Source: Candidatus Nomurabacteria bacterium (GTDB lineage: Bacteria > Patescibacteriota > Minisyncoccia > Phycocordibacterales > CALRBL01). Taken from it: DNA of 64,000 bases. Every line of letters starts with the position of its first letter. Position 1 is the first letter of the stretch. Location of the stretch: positions 65,338-129,337 of the forward strand of contig CAWIDS010000001.1 in NCBI GenBank assembly GCA_963834935.1. The letters are read 5' to 3'. Positions 38,376 through 50,441 of the stretch are shown here, piece by piece. Position numbers and translations under genes: made by a program. Below the pieces are notes generated by a model that was not told the DNA's origin, did not search any database, and worked only from the letters and a program-made list of their open reading frames with translations.

Positions 38376-39734
38376 ATGAATAAAGAGACCACACCTGTCC
38401 AAGTAGCAGTCAGGATCATCATACTTATCATCATCTTGACCCTTATCCTTATCATCTGCTTTGGAATGATCAAGCTCATTCCCCAAGTTTTCTCGTCATT
38501 CTCAAATCTCAACAATATTTTCTCATCCAAACAGAAGGAACAAATCACCCTTTCGCTCTATCCAACGTCGATCAATTCGAACGAGCATACGACGCTGGCT
38601 TTCAAGCAAGAAGGCGGCCAGGCTGTCGGCTCATATTCCCTTCAATATTCATGTGACGACAATACTACCCTCCTCGAAGCTGTGTATGGCCAGAATATCA
38701 GCGTCATCAATTGCAACATGCCTTACAACCTCGAAGCAGCTACATCGAGCACAGCGAGCCAGTCGCTTGACCTGATCGGCATCAATAACGCCTCTTCGAC
38801 AGAAAAAAACATTCAGATAACCATCAGTCACGTCGCCATAACCGCTAGTTCAACTTCAGTCTTCTCTTCTTCAACTGTCTCGCTATTGATAAAGAATGAT
38901 GTGGGAAGTCCTGCAAATACGCCTGCTTCAAGTACGACAGCGACCATAGCCACGCCTGCGACGGCCCCTTCCTCAAGCCAGGCTCCAGCCGCCGCGAGCC
39001 ATGTCACTTACAACAACAGCCGAAGCTATTCTTCCTCGTACAACTCGTCTCCGGCGAATCTCGTAGTCACTTTCACCAAGGGGGTCGTCGATCAGAACAA
39101 CCGGACAATGACCGTATTCCAAGTCAGGAACACCGGAGGACATGCGAGCGGACCATGGTCATTCGTTGCTAGTCTGCCTACTTCAAATTCCTCTTATTCG
39201 ACTTACGATTCCGGATACCAATCCTCTATCCCTCCGCAAGGCGTAAGCATCTTCACTCTCGCTTTCGACAATACCCTTCCCGGCACCAACAATATGACTA
39301 TAACCATCGACGGAAAGACAACTACTCTCGCCGTGATCGGCAATGGAGGAAGCTATAACGGCGGAACGTACGGAAACGGCTCCCAGGCTGACCTTTACAT
39401 CGTCTCGGCCCAGACAGGAAGTGTTGACTACAACGGCAACTTCTGCGCAAGTTACTCATGCTACGGAACAGGAACTGGCCGCCCTGCAGTGAAAATTATC
39501 GTCGGCAATGAAGGAGGAGTCGCTACCGGCCCTTGGAGCTTCCGCACCGCCTTCGGCGGATATGCAGACGGATACGACTCAGGAATCCTTCCCTCGCTTG
39601 GAGCCGGACAACAAGCTACTTATGTCGTAGGATTCGATACACTCACTAACAACAGCCTTCAGATCGTCCTTGATCCGAACAATATGGTCAATGAATCAAA
39701 CAGGTCTAACGACTATCAGACAGTCAGCTTCTAA
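38376..39734 (+). CDS. Membrane-anchored S/T/N-rich surface protein with CARDB-like Ig domains
   Basis: N-terminal TM; VRNTGG...GPWSF and VGNEGG...GPWSF units; LDPNNMVNESNRSND end motif. Confidence 0.75.
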   Translation: MNKETTPVQVAVRIIILIIILTLILIICFGMIKLIPQVFSSFSNLNNIFSSKQKEQITLSLYPTSINSNEHTTLAFKQEGGQAVGSYSLQYSCDDNTTLLEAVYGQNISVINCNMPYNLEAATSSTASQSLDLIGINNASSTEKNIQITISHVAITASSTSVFSSSTVSLLIKNDVGSPANTPASSTTATIATPATAPSSSQAPAAASHVTYNNSRSYSSSYNSSPANLVVTFTKGVVDQNNRTMTVFQVRNTGGHASGPWSFVASLPTSNSSYSTYDSGYQSSIPPQGVSIFTLAFDNTLPGTNNMTITIDGKTTTLAVIGNGGSYNGGTYGNGSQADLYIVSAQTGSVDYNGNFCASYSCYGTGTGRPAVKIIVGNEGGVATGPWSFRTAFGGYADGYDSGILPSLGAGQQATYVVGFDTLTNNSLQIVLDPNNMVNESNRSNDYQTVSF

Positions 39735-39750
39735 GAAAAGAAATAAAATT

Positions 39751-41827
<2,077 letters not shown>

Positions 41828-41866
41828 AGATAAATATTGTAGCAGAGAAAGAAGCCAAAGTACCTA

Positions 41867-41894
41867 TTGACATACTCTTTATATATGACACAAT
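41867..41894 (+). promoter_or_regulatory. Putative sigma70 promoter
   Basis: TTGACA-16 nt-CACAAT with extended TG. Confidence 0.55.
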
Positions 41895-41900
41895 CCCAAT

Positions 41901-42178
41901 AGCTGCGTGCGGGGTTAGGTGCAACCCAGAGCCTAGACTGCTCTTCCTTTGAATCTTTGGCCGAGCCTTACGAACTCCGGCCAATATTCGAAGAATTGCC
42001 GTTCTTTAAAAGCGGACGAAGGAATCCTTGGCAATCCCAAAAGGAAACTTCTATCCGAAGCGGGAAACTCATTGGGATGATAACCGCAGCACCATCGCTG
42101 GGGGAGAAAGGCCTGGATCTCGGATTCCCTTTCTCCCCCTCCCTCTCTTTTCGACTGCATCACATGATGCGGTTTTTT
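41901..42178 (+). ncRNA. Candidate structured non-coding RNA, family not recognised
   Basis: Promoter upstream, several nested helices, terminator at the end, no convincing ORF. Confidence 0.4.
42154..42178 (+). terminator. Intrinsic terminator
   Basis: ACTGCATCA-CA-TGATGCGGT-TTTTT. Confidence 0.7.
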
Positions 42179-42272
42179 ATTTTATGTAAATAAAAAGCGG
42201 CCCGAAATGAACCAGGTCCCTATGAATGACCCTCTTTGACAAAAGGCTTCTTTCTGGTATGCTTTTTCCTAC

Positions 42273-42500
42273 ATGACATTAATTCATTCATTCCTGCCCT
42301 ATATTCAGATCGTCCTTGCCGTGCTCATAATCCTAGGCGTGTTGCTCCAGCAGTCTGAAACTAGCCTCGGAGGGGCGTTCGGAGCCGGAGATTCTGGAAC
42401 TGCCTTCCATACTCGAAGAGGGTTTGAACGATTCCTATTCATAGGAACAATTGTCGTATGCGTCATTTTCGTCGCGACCTGCTTCATCGCGCTACTTTAG
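42273..42500 (+). CDS. secG: Preprotein translocase subunit SecG
   Basis: VLLQQ...LGGAFG...TRRGFERFL between two TM helices. Confidence 0.92.
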   Translation: MTLIHSFLPYIQIVLAVLIILGVLLQQSETSLGGAFGAGDSGTAFHTRRGFERFLFIGTIVVCVIFVATCFIALL

Positions 42501-42536
42501 CTCAGGCTCAATCAGCCGCCGGAAACCGGCACTTTC

Positions 42537-44225
42537 GTGAAGATCCCCTATCTATCATCTCTCAGAAAAATATATGACGAATTTTCTCTCATCGAGAAGA
42601 TCGTATTCACTGCGCTTGTAGTCGTCCTTATCGTCAGCGGCATGACTCTTCTCTATTTCTTCGGCACTTCCTACATGAAGGATGTCCCTGCCCGCGGAGG
42701 AGAGATGCATGAGGGCGTCGTCGGCTATCCGCATTTCATCAATCCATTGCTCGCCACCACAGAGAGCGAAAGGGATCTTTCTACCCTTACCTATTCGGGC
42801 CTGATGAGAGTCGATGCGACCGGAAACCTGGTTCCTGACCTTGCCGAAAGCTACACGGTCTCGAATGACGGAAAAATCTACACCTTCGTCCTCAGGAAAG
42901 GCGAAGTATTCCAAGATAATACGCCTATTACGAGCGATGACGTCATCTTTACCATACAAAAAGCCGAGGACCCGACCCTCAAGAGCCCTCAGCACGCCAA
43001 CTGGCAAGGAGTGACAGTAAATGCCATTGATGCCCGCACAGTCCAATTCGTCCTCAAGACCCCCTATTCTTCATTCCTCCAAAACACCACGCTCGGCATC
43101 CTGCCTAAGCACATCTGGAACGATGCCGACATCAACGAATTCACTTTCAGCTCATACAATTTCAATCCGGTTGGCTCCGGCCCATATCAGATAAAGGAGG
43201 TGAAGCGCGACAGCGCTGGCCTTCCTATCTACTACAGGCTCGTCGCTTTCAATAAATACCCGACAGGAGAAAAAGATATCTCTACCATATATATCCATAC
43301 TTTCATTGACCAACAGAGCATGATCAAGGCATTGGAAAAAGGAACAATCGGAAGCGCAGGAGGCATTTCTCCTTCTAATAAGCAGATTCTCGATGACACG
43401 AGATTCAACATCTACTCGCCCGCTCTACTTCGGACCATAGGAGTATTCTTCAACCAAAGCCAGAATCCGCTCTTTGCTCATGCTGAAATACGGCAAGCGC
43501 TCGGCATGGCAGTGGACAGAAACGATATAATTGGTAAAGTACTGTATGGTTACGGAAATGAGGAATTTTCACCTCTTCCACACAACCTCCTCCTTTCAAG
43601 CGGAACAAGCGCTTCATCTTCACTTGAAGCCGCAAAGAGCCTGCTCGACAAGAATGACTGGAAATCGAACAGCCAAGGAATCCGCGAGAAGAAGATAGGA
43701 AAGCAGACGGTGCAGCTTTCCTTTTCGATAACTACCTCGGACAATCCTGATCTTTTGAATACGGCTGCGCTCCTGAAAGAGGAATGGACGAAACTCGGCG
43801 CAAACGTGACTATCATCTCGCTTGATCCGTCAGATCTCAGCCAGAATGCCATCAGGCCTCGCAAGTACGACGCGCTACTTTTCGGAGAAGTCATAGGAAG
43901 GGGTGATGACCTCTATCCCTTCTGGGATTCGGCGGAAAGGAAGGATCCGGGGTTCAACATCGCCCTCTATGCGAACAGCAAGGCAGACAAATTCCTTGAA
44001 GAAGCACGAAGCGCGACCAGTTCGGATCAGAAAGCTTCAGAACTCGTATCGGCAGAAAATATCATCTCAGGCGACATGCCGGCCATATTCCTTTATTCCC
44101 CGGATTTCATTTATGTAGCCAGGAAGGATATCAAAGGGCTTTCACTTCCGCCGCTTGAAATGCCATACGAAAGATGGGCCGGCATCTTCGATTCATATAT
44201 CAATACAAGAAAAGTATTCAAATAA
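42537..44225 (+). CDS. Peptide ABC transporter substrate-binding protein (OppA/family 5)
   Basis: INPLL, PDLAESY, SNDGKIYTF, PVGSGPY, IRQAL. Confidence 0.88.
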   Translation: MKIPYLSSLRKIYDEFSLIEKIVFTALVVVLIVSGMTLLYFFGTSYMKDVPARGGEMHEGVVGYPHFINPLLATTESERDLSTLTYSGLMRVDATGNLVPDLAESYTVSNDGKIYTFVLRKGEVFQDNTPITSDDVIFTIQKAEDPTLKSPQHANWQGVTVNAIDARTVQFVLKTPYSSFLQNTTLGILPKHIWNDADINEFTFSSYNFNPVGSGPYQIKEVKRDSAGLPIYYRLVAFNKYPTGEKDISTIYIHTFIDQQSMIKALEKGTIGSAGGISPSNKQILDDTRFNIYSPALLRTIGVFFNQSQNPLFAHAEIRQALGMAVDRNDIIGKVLYGYGNEEFSPLPHNLLLSSGTSASSSLEAAKSLLDKNDWKSNSQGIREKKIGKQTVQLSFSITTSDNPDLLNTAALLKEEWTKLGANVTIISLDPSDLSQNAIRPRKYDALLFGEVIGRGDDLYPFWDSAERKDPGFNIALYANSKADKFLEEARSATSSDQKASELVSAENIISGDMPAIFLYSPDFIYVARKDIKGLSLPPLEMPYERWAGIFDSYINTRKVFK

Positions 44226-44262
44226 AAAATTAATAATTAGCAGAAAAAGTAACAAAAATAAA

Positions 44263-46188
44263 ATGAACAAAGACAAAACAGAACTATCAGACAAAGAGAT
44301 GCTCGCGCCTGATGTGCCGGCATATGACGGCCTTGCCCCAGCGGCGGCATCAACCGCTCCTTCGCGCCCTGCATCTTCCCGCTCAGGCGGAAGCCGCGGA
44401 CAAAGCGGAGGCCAGTCGCGCGGACGGCGGGAACGCCCCCGAAGCAGCATGCCATCGCGCAATTCCTTCGCTGAGAAGAAGAAAAGTGACGGAGTCATCC
44501 CTCCTATCGGAGACAATATCCGCATCATCGCCCTCGGAGGCGTGGAAGAAGTCGGAAAGAACATGACACTCGTGGAGATCGGCGAAGACATCATCGTCAT
44601 CGATGCAGGTTTCGCTTTCAAGGAAGAAGATACTCCAGGTATCGACTATATCCTTCCCAATACCAAATACCTCGAAGAACGGAAGGATAAGATCCGTGCC
44701 ATCATCATCACCCACGGGCACCTCGATCACATCGGCGCCCTTCCTTTCATCATGGACCGCATCGGTAATCCGCCTCTGTATACCCGGAACCTTACTGCGC
44801 TCATGATCAAGAAGCGTCATACTGAATTTCCCCACCTCGAGCAGATCGACTACAAGGTCGTCGAGAATAACGAGAAGATCAAGATCGGAAAGCTCTCGGT
44901 CAAATTCTTCGGCGTGACCCACAGCATTCCTGATTCGATGGGAGTGATCATCGAGACTCCTTACGGCAATATCGTCACGCCTGGCGACTTCAAGCTCAAC
45001 CACCGGAATGAGAAAGTGATCGCCGAGGAAGAAAAAGAGTATGCTATTTTCGACAAAGAAAAGACTCTTCTGCTCCTCACGGACTCGACGAACATCGAGA
45101 ACCCCGGCTTCTCTACCCCCGAAGAAGTGGTTCAGGAAAACCTCGAGGAGATCATCAAGAACATAAAGGGCCGCCTTATCATGGCAATGTTCGCTTCGCA
45201 CATCTACCGCATTGCCCACATCGTCCGCACCTGCGAGAAATACGGCAAGAAGCTTGTCGTCGAAGGACGCAGCATGAAAAATAATATCGAGATCGTCATG
45301 TTCGCCGGCCTCCTCAAAGTGGACAAGAACGTCATCATCAAGCCAGAAGACATCGATCAGTATCCGCCCGACAAGGTCGTCGTGCTCGCAACTGGCGCCC
45401 AAGGCGAAGACTTCTCATTCCTCGATCGCCTCATCAATGACCAGTACAAGCATTTCAAGCTGAATGCCAAAGATACTGTCCTTCTTTCATCGTCCATCAT
45501 TCCTGGAAAGGAAAAGGCTGTGCAGCGCCTCAAGGACGGCATCGCCCGAAAAGGCGCGAGAATCATGCATTACCGCACTTCCGATGTCTACATCCACTCG
45601 ACCGGACATGGAAACCGCGGCGAAATCGAATGGCTTCACAAAAAGCTCAAGCCGAAGTTCTTCATCCCTATCCACGGAAACCACTACATGCTCAAGCTTC
45701 ATGCTGAGCTCGCCGAATCGCTCGGCATGCCGAAAGAGAACATCATCGTTCCCGACAATGGCATGATCATCGAGATCCAGGACAAAGGCGAGAAGATCGT
45801 CGCACTTAAGGAAAAAGCTCCTTCGAGCACCGTCATGGTGGACGGCTTCACCATCGGTGACATCCAGGAAGTGGTCATCCGCGACAGGCAGATCCTCGCC
45901 CAGGATGGCATCTTCGTCTTCGTAGCCATGATCGACTCGAAGACTGGCAAGCTCAAAAAATCACCGGACATCATCTCGCGAGGATCAGTTTATCTTCGCG
46001 AGTCTCAAGAGCTTCTTCGCGAGGCACGCTTCATCATCAAGCGCACCATCGAGCGGAACACCGGCAACGGCAGTGCCCCCATCAACTTCGAATACATCAA
46101 GAATCTCGTCACTGAGGAAACCTCGCGCTTCCTCTTCCAGCAGACCGCCAAGCGTCCTATCGTCATTCCCGTACTGCTTAGCGTCTAA
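44263..46188 (+). CDS. rnj: Ribonuclease J
   Basis: LGGVEEVGKNM, THGHLDHIG, HSIPD, HSTGHG, PIHG. Confidence 0.96.
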   Translation: MNKDKTELSDKEMLAPDVPAYDGLAPAAASTAPSRPASSRSGGSRGQSGGQSRGRRERPRSSMPSRNSFAEKKKSDGVIPPIGDNIRIIALGGVEEVGKNMTLVEIGEDIIVIDAGFAFKEEDTPGIDYILPNTKYLEERKDKIRAIIITHGHLDHIGALPFIMDRIGNPPLYTRNLTALMIKKRHTEFPHLEQIDYKVVENNEKIKIGKLSVKFFGVTHSIPDSMGVIIETPYGNIVTPGDFKLNHRNEKVIAEEEKEYAIFDKEKTLLLLTDSTNIENPGFSTPEEVVQENLEEIIKNIKGRLIMAMFASHIYRIAHIVRTCEKYGKKLVVEGRSMKNNIEIVMFAGLLKVDKNVIIKPEDIDQYPPDKVVVLATGAQGEDFSFLDRLINDQYKHFKLNAKDTVLLSSSIIPGKEKAVQRLKDGIARKGARIMHYRTSDVYIHSTGHGNRGEIEWLHKKLKPKFFIPIHGNHYMLKLHAELAESLGMPKENIIVPDNGMIIEIQDKGEKIVALKEKAPSSTVMVDGFTIGDIQEVVIRDRQILAQDGIFVFVAMIDSKTGKLKKSPDIISRGSVYLRESQELLREARFIIKRTIERNTGNGSAPINFEYIKNLVTEETSRFLFQQTAKRPIVIPVLLSV

Positions 46189-46207
46189 GATATAGTACAA
46201 TTAACAG

Positions 46208-47374
46208 ATGAAAAAGATTTCGCTCGAGAAGGATTCATTCGTATTCACCTATCTCGCAACCCTTCTCGTCTCCTTTCATTATTATCTCGTTACCTACGTC
46301 AATTCGTCTTTCCTGACCCAATATGTCGGCACCAGCACGATAGGCATCCTCTATACGGCTGGAGCAATACTCAACATCATATTTTTCTTCGCCATCACTA
46401 AGTTCCTCCGCAAGTACGGAGACTACAAGGTGATGCTTTTTTGCCTTGGGTTGGAAGGCCTTTCCCTCCTATCCATGGCAACCCTCAAAAACATCTCATG
46501 GCTGGCGCCGGCATTCATACTTCATGACGCCATCAATCCCATGCTTCTCGTCTGCCTCGATATCTTTCTTGAACATTATTCAAAGAACGAGAAGACAGGG
46601 GCCATCAGGGGATTCTTCCTCACTGTCATCAGCCTGACCGCCGTCATCTCGCCGCTACTTGTCGGCACAATAATCCAAAATGGAGGCTTCTCAAGGGTTT
46701 ATTTCGCCTCAGTCGGCTTCATAGTCCTGCTTTTCCTCTTAGTCGCTCGCTACTTCAAGGATTATAAGGACCGGGAATACCATACGAGCTCGCCTTTAAA
46801 GATCCTCGACGAGCTCGTCAGAAGCAGGCCGATCAGGCAGATATTCGCCTCAAACCTGATGCTGCAGATATTCTATTCATGGATGACAGTCTATATACCC
46901 ATTTATCTGGCAAAATACATCGGCTTCGGCTGGGGCGAGATCGGCCTGATAATCAGCATATCGATACTGCCTTTCGTCTTCTTCGAATTCCCTCTTGGCG
47001 AGATCGCGGACAAGAAGCTGGGAGAGAAGGAGATATTGCTTTCTGGGTTCGCCATCATGGTATCCGGCCTACTGCTGATAGGAGAGATCAGCGCCGCAAA
47101 TACTGTCCTTTGGATACTTGCCATCGGCATCGCCCGCATAGGCGCATGTTTCGTCGAAGTTTCGACTGAGACTTATTTCTTCAAGAACATAAACTCGGAC
47201 AACAACGAGTTGATCAATTTTTGGAGAATGACCAATCCGCTCGGATACATATTAGGGACGATTCTCGGTGGTATCTGCCTCATAATAATGCCTTTCCAAT
47301 ATGCCTTCTTCGTGCTGGCCGGCGTAATCGTCTTAGGATTCATCTACGCAACAAGGCTCAAGGACACGAAGTGA
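46208..47374 (+). CDS. MFS transporter
   Basis: About 12 TM segments; GEIADKKLGEK motif-A-like loop. Confidence 0.85.
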   Translation: MKKISLEKDSFVFTYLATLLVSFHYYLVTYVNSSFLTQYVGTSTIGILYTAGAILNIIFFFAITKFLRKYGDYKVMLFCLGLEGLSLLSMATLKNISWLAPAFILHDAINPMLLVCLDIFLEHYSKNEKTGAIRGFFLTVISLTAVISPLLVGTIIQNGGFSRVYFASVGFIVLLFLLVARYFKDYKDREYHTSSPLKILDELVRSRPIRQIFASNLMLQIFYSWMTVYIPIYLAKYIGFGWGEIGLIISISILPFVFFEFPLGEIADKKLGEKEILLSGFAIMVSGLLLIGEISAANTVLWILAIGIARIGACFVEVSTETYFFKNINSDNNELINFWRMTNPLGYILGTILGGICLIIMPFQYAFFVLAGVIVLGFIYATRLKDTK

Positions 47375-47375
47375 T

Positions 47376-48227
47376 TTAGACCGGTTTGTATGGATGATAG
47401 ACGAAAATAAACCAGAGGAAGACAGCGATGATGACTGCGAGGACTTTCAAAAGAGTGTCATTCGATATGAACCTGTTCAAGGTCTTTTCTTTCGGCTTTT
47501 CTACGTTCATGAATTTGTTGATTATCTTCTCCAAAGCGGCTTTATCGGGCACTGCGTGAAGAGTGCCGTTCTGGGCGATAGAAATGGTGCCGCGCTCTTC
47601 GGAGACGACTATTGCCAAGGCATCTGTCCTTTCAGTGATACCTGATGATGCGCGATGCCTCGTACCCATGGTCGAGAAGCCTTTAAACTCCTCGGCAAGC
47701 GGAAGATGAACGCCGAATTTCTTGATGCGTCCGTTCTCGATGAGCACTGCTCCGTCATGGCCAGGCGTCGAGTCATCAAAGATGCTGAGAAGGAGAGGTA
47801 TCGAAATCTCTCCATCAAGATCAAAGCCTCCTTCGATGATGTCATCGAGCGGATATTCGCCAGAAAGCACAACAATCGCACCAATGCGCTTCTTTGCCAT
47901 GTCAGCAAGGGCTGTAGCCAAGGAAGAGACGAGGCTTTCCTCGAGATTGACCATCCTTTTTTCTAGATGCCCGCGGGAAAGTATGAGCCAGCGGAAAAAA
48001 CGCCTGATTTCCTTCTGGAAGACGATGGCGAATATGACGAAGAAGAAAGTCAGCAGCGGGTTCAGGAACTTGCGCGTCAGTTCCAAATTGAAGACTATCG
48101 AGAGTACGTTCAAGGCGAAAAGACCGAAGATGAAATAGAAGATGAAATATGAGCGCGTTTGCTTTATGAAGACAAAGAGGAGGTAGACGAAACAAGAGAC
48201 GATAAAAATGTCGATAACTGCATCCAT
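47376..48227 (-). CDS. Diadenylate cyclase (CdaA/DacA type)
   Basis: Three N-terminal TM helices, IVFQKEIRR, HDGAV, GTRHRA, VSEERGTIS. Confidence 0.93.
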   Translation of the reverse strand: MDAVIDIFIVSCFVYLLFVFIKQTRSYFIFYFIFGLFALNVLSIVFNLELTRKFLNPLLTFFFVIFAIVFQKEIRRFFRWLILSRGHLEKRMVNLEESLVSSLATALADMAKKRIGAIVVLSGEYPLDDIIEGGFDLDGEISIPLLLSIFDDSTPGHDGAVLIENGRIKKFGVHLPLAEEFKGFSTMGTRHRASSGITERTDALAIVVSEERGTISIAQNGTLHAVPDKAALEKIINKFMNVEKPKEKTLNRFISNDTLLKVLAVIIAVFLWFIFVYHPYKPV

Positions 48228-48236
48228 AAAGCCATT

Positions 48237-48941
48237 CTATAGAGCATTGATAATTTGCGCAACCTTTTCCTTGTACTGATGAGAGCTCTCCGAGCGCGGA
48301 TACGGCAAATCGACTTCGATCGAGTGCTTGATGATGCCCTGACTCATGACCATTATCTTCTGTCCGAGGAGGACCGCTTCTTCCATCGAGTGCGACACCA
48401 TAAGGATGGTCATATCCGGAGAAAGCTGCCAGATCTTCAGAAGCGCCTGATGCAGTGATGCGGTAGTTTCAGGGTCGAGAGCCGAGAATGGCTCGTCGAG
48501 AAGAAGCATTTCTGGCTTCGAGGCGAATGCTCGGGCGATGCCGACGCGCTGGCGCTGCCCGCCGGAAAGGTCGCGTGGATATTTCTTCTCGAAGCCTTCC
48601 ATTTCCATTACCGCCAACGCTTCCTTTATCCTTTTTTTCGATTCGGAAGCCGAAAGTCCGAGAGCCTCGATGCCGAGGCTGACATTATCATAGACATTCC
48701 TCCAAGGAAGGAGAGCTCCCTGCTGGAATACCATCGTCACCGTCTTGGGCTTGATAATAGTTCCGTTATGCGGCTTCAATATACCGCAAATCAGCCTGAG
48801 AATAGTCGACTTGCCGCAGCCGGATTTTCCCACCATGACCGTAAAGGAATGCACAGGAAGGGAGAATGAAAGGTCCTTAACGACTGGTATTTTTTCGAAG
48901 CCGAAGGTGACATTGTCGAATTGAGCGATGATCTTATTCAT
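48237..48941 (-). CDS. ABC transporter ATP-binding protein (NitT/TauT type)
   Basis: [35 protein letters not shown]. Confidence 0.92.
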   Translation of the reverse strand: MNKIIAQFDNVTFGFEKIPVVKDLSFSLPVHSFTVMVGKSGCGKSTILRLICGILKPHNGTIIKPKTVTMVFQQGALLPWRNVYDNVSLGIEALGLSASESKKRIKEALAVMEMEGFEKKYPRDLSGGQRQRVGIARAFASKPEMLLLDEPFSALDPETTASLHQALLKIWQLSPDMTILMVSHSMEEAVLLGQKIMVMSQGIIKHSIEVDLPYPRSESSHQYKEKVAQIINAL

Positions 48942-48945
48942 ATGA

Positions 48946-49761
48946 TTAATCGAACCTGAATTTGCCTGAATACCGCAGCAGCCGCTGCCAGACGAAAAGA
49001 TTTAAAGCGGTGATGGAAACGATGATAACCGCTACTGACGCGAGAAAAAGCCCTTGATCCCCTGACGTCGAAGAGCTTACCAGCAAGCTGCCTATGCCGA
49101 AAAGGTCGCCGATATGAGTGCTTTGAGGCACATATGAGTGCAGCACTTCAGCCACGATCAGGATATTCCATCCTTGGGCGAAAGCCAGTAGCGAGCCAGT
49201 GACGATCGAAGGGATGAGTGAAGGCAGGATTATCTTGAAAAGATTGTCCTTGCCCCTGATGTTGAAGACCTCGCCTACTTCAGTGATGTTGGTCGGAATG
49301 ACGCGGATCCCTCCCACAACGTTGAAGACGATGTTCCATACCATGCTGAGAAAAATGATAAAAATGGCAGCGACATCCAATAGATCGTAACGGACGAAGA
49401 AAATGATGATGACAGGAAAAAATACAAGGACAGGCACCGATTCGATGACGTCGTAGATAGGAAGAAAAAAACGCTCCGCAAGCGGACTCGTAAGTGCAAG
49501 CAATGCAAGGCCTACCCCGATGACAAGCGAGAATCCATAAGCGACTAGAAGCCTGCCGAAAGAGAGCAGCAATGCGACAAGAAGCGAATTGAACGATATA
49601 TCAGTGGCGACATTAACCTTGTCCAGGCTGAACATGATCAATATCGAGGCGGAAATCAGTATGAACGGTATGAAAAAAGAAAGATTAAGCCGCTCGATGA
49701 AAGTGATATGATGAGGGCGCCGCGAGCAGTGCGAATAATGGACATGGATATTTTCAGCCAT
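48946..49761 (-). CDS. ABC transporter permease (NitT/TauT type)
   Basis: TM-rich; [32 protein letters not shown]. Confidence 0.85.
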   Translation of the reverse strand: MAENIHVHYSHCSRRPHHITFIERLNLSFFIPFILISASILIMFSLDKVNVATDISFNSLLVALLLSFGRLLVAYGFSLVIGVGLALLALTSPLAERFFLPIYDVIESVPVLVFFPVIIIFFVRYDLLDVAAIFIIFLSMVWNIVFNVVGGIRVIPTNITEVGEVFNIRGKDNLFKIILPSLIPSIVTGSLLAFAQGWNILIVAEVLHSYVPQSTHIGDLFGIGSLLVSSSTSGDQGLFLASVAVIIVSITALNLFVWQRLLRYSGKFRFD

Positions 49762-49776
49762 TTCCCTTTTTCAAAA

Positions 49777-50112
49777 TTACTTGAGGTGCTTCTTGATATT
49801 CTTCCAGTGACCTTTCAATTCCTTGCCCACCAGTTCAATCTCGGGGGCCGCAATATCCTTGACCTTCTCGTATTTCGAGAGGACACTCTCGACAATCTCA
49901 TTATAGTTCTCTTCATTAATCTCTCCTTTTATCTTCTCGAGCTTCTCGACGACTTCGCCTTTGGCTTTCAATGCCCATCCCCTCACTTTCTTCCTGTTCT
50001 TCTTGGCATCTTTGGTTCCGTAAAGGAAATATGCTCCTGCAGCTGCAGCAACTGCAGCCAGCGCTACCCCGACAGCCGTTCCTGATCCTTGCTTTTTATT
50101 ATTTTTTTTCAT
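49777..50112 (-). CDS. Small membrane-anchored basic protein (YtxH-like)
   Basis: AAAAGAYFLYG anchor followed by a charged helix. Confidence 0.65.
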   Translation of the reverse strand: MKKNNKKQGSGTAVGVALAAVAAAAGAYFLYGTKDAKKNRKKVRGWALKAKGEVVEKLEKIKGEINEENYNEIVESVLSKYEKVKDIAAPEIELVGKELKGHWKNIKKHLK

Positions 50113-50128
50113 GTTTGGATACTTATGA

Positions 50129-50434
50129 TTAATAATCTTCTTCTCTCTCTGCCTTCTTTCGGCGCTTTCTTCTCCTATCGAAGACGTTGCCGATGAACAT
50201 AAGCAAAGCGGGAATTTTCCTAACGAATGCCTGCTCGGACTTCAGCTTTGATCTGAATTCGCGGATATCCTCCACTACTTCTTCGCTTTCATCTTTTATG
50301 ATATCGATAAGCGATTTCACGTCTTTGACGATCACATAGACATAGCCGAGCACGACAGCGGCCATAAGGCCGAGAATCACCACTGCGATTGAGGTTATGA
50401 GGAAGAATATGTCAGATTTTGCTAATTCAGTCAT
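50129..50434 (-). CDS. Small TM plus coiled-coil protein
   Basis: N-terminal TM, amphipathic helix; TGA-TATAAT 6 nt before ATG. Confidence 0.65.
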   Translation of the reverse strand: MTELAKSDIFFLITSIAVVILGLMAAVVLGYVYVIVKDVKSLIDIIKDESEEVVEDIREFRSKLKSEQAFVRKIPALLMFIGNVFDRRRKRRKKAEREEDY

Positions 50435-50441
50435 GAAATGA

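Noticed and set aside
42040-42095. AAGGAAACTTC as the RNase P P4 motif and GGGATGATAACCGC as a T-box
   Set aside because: Only partial resemblance; the partner conserved elements were not found.
41957-42193. 78-aa ORF in the gyrB-secG gap
   Set aside because: TTG start without support, runs through a terminator, no motifs. Not fully excluded given the indel rate.
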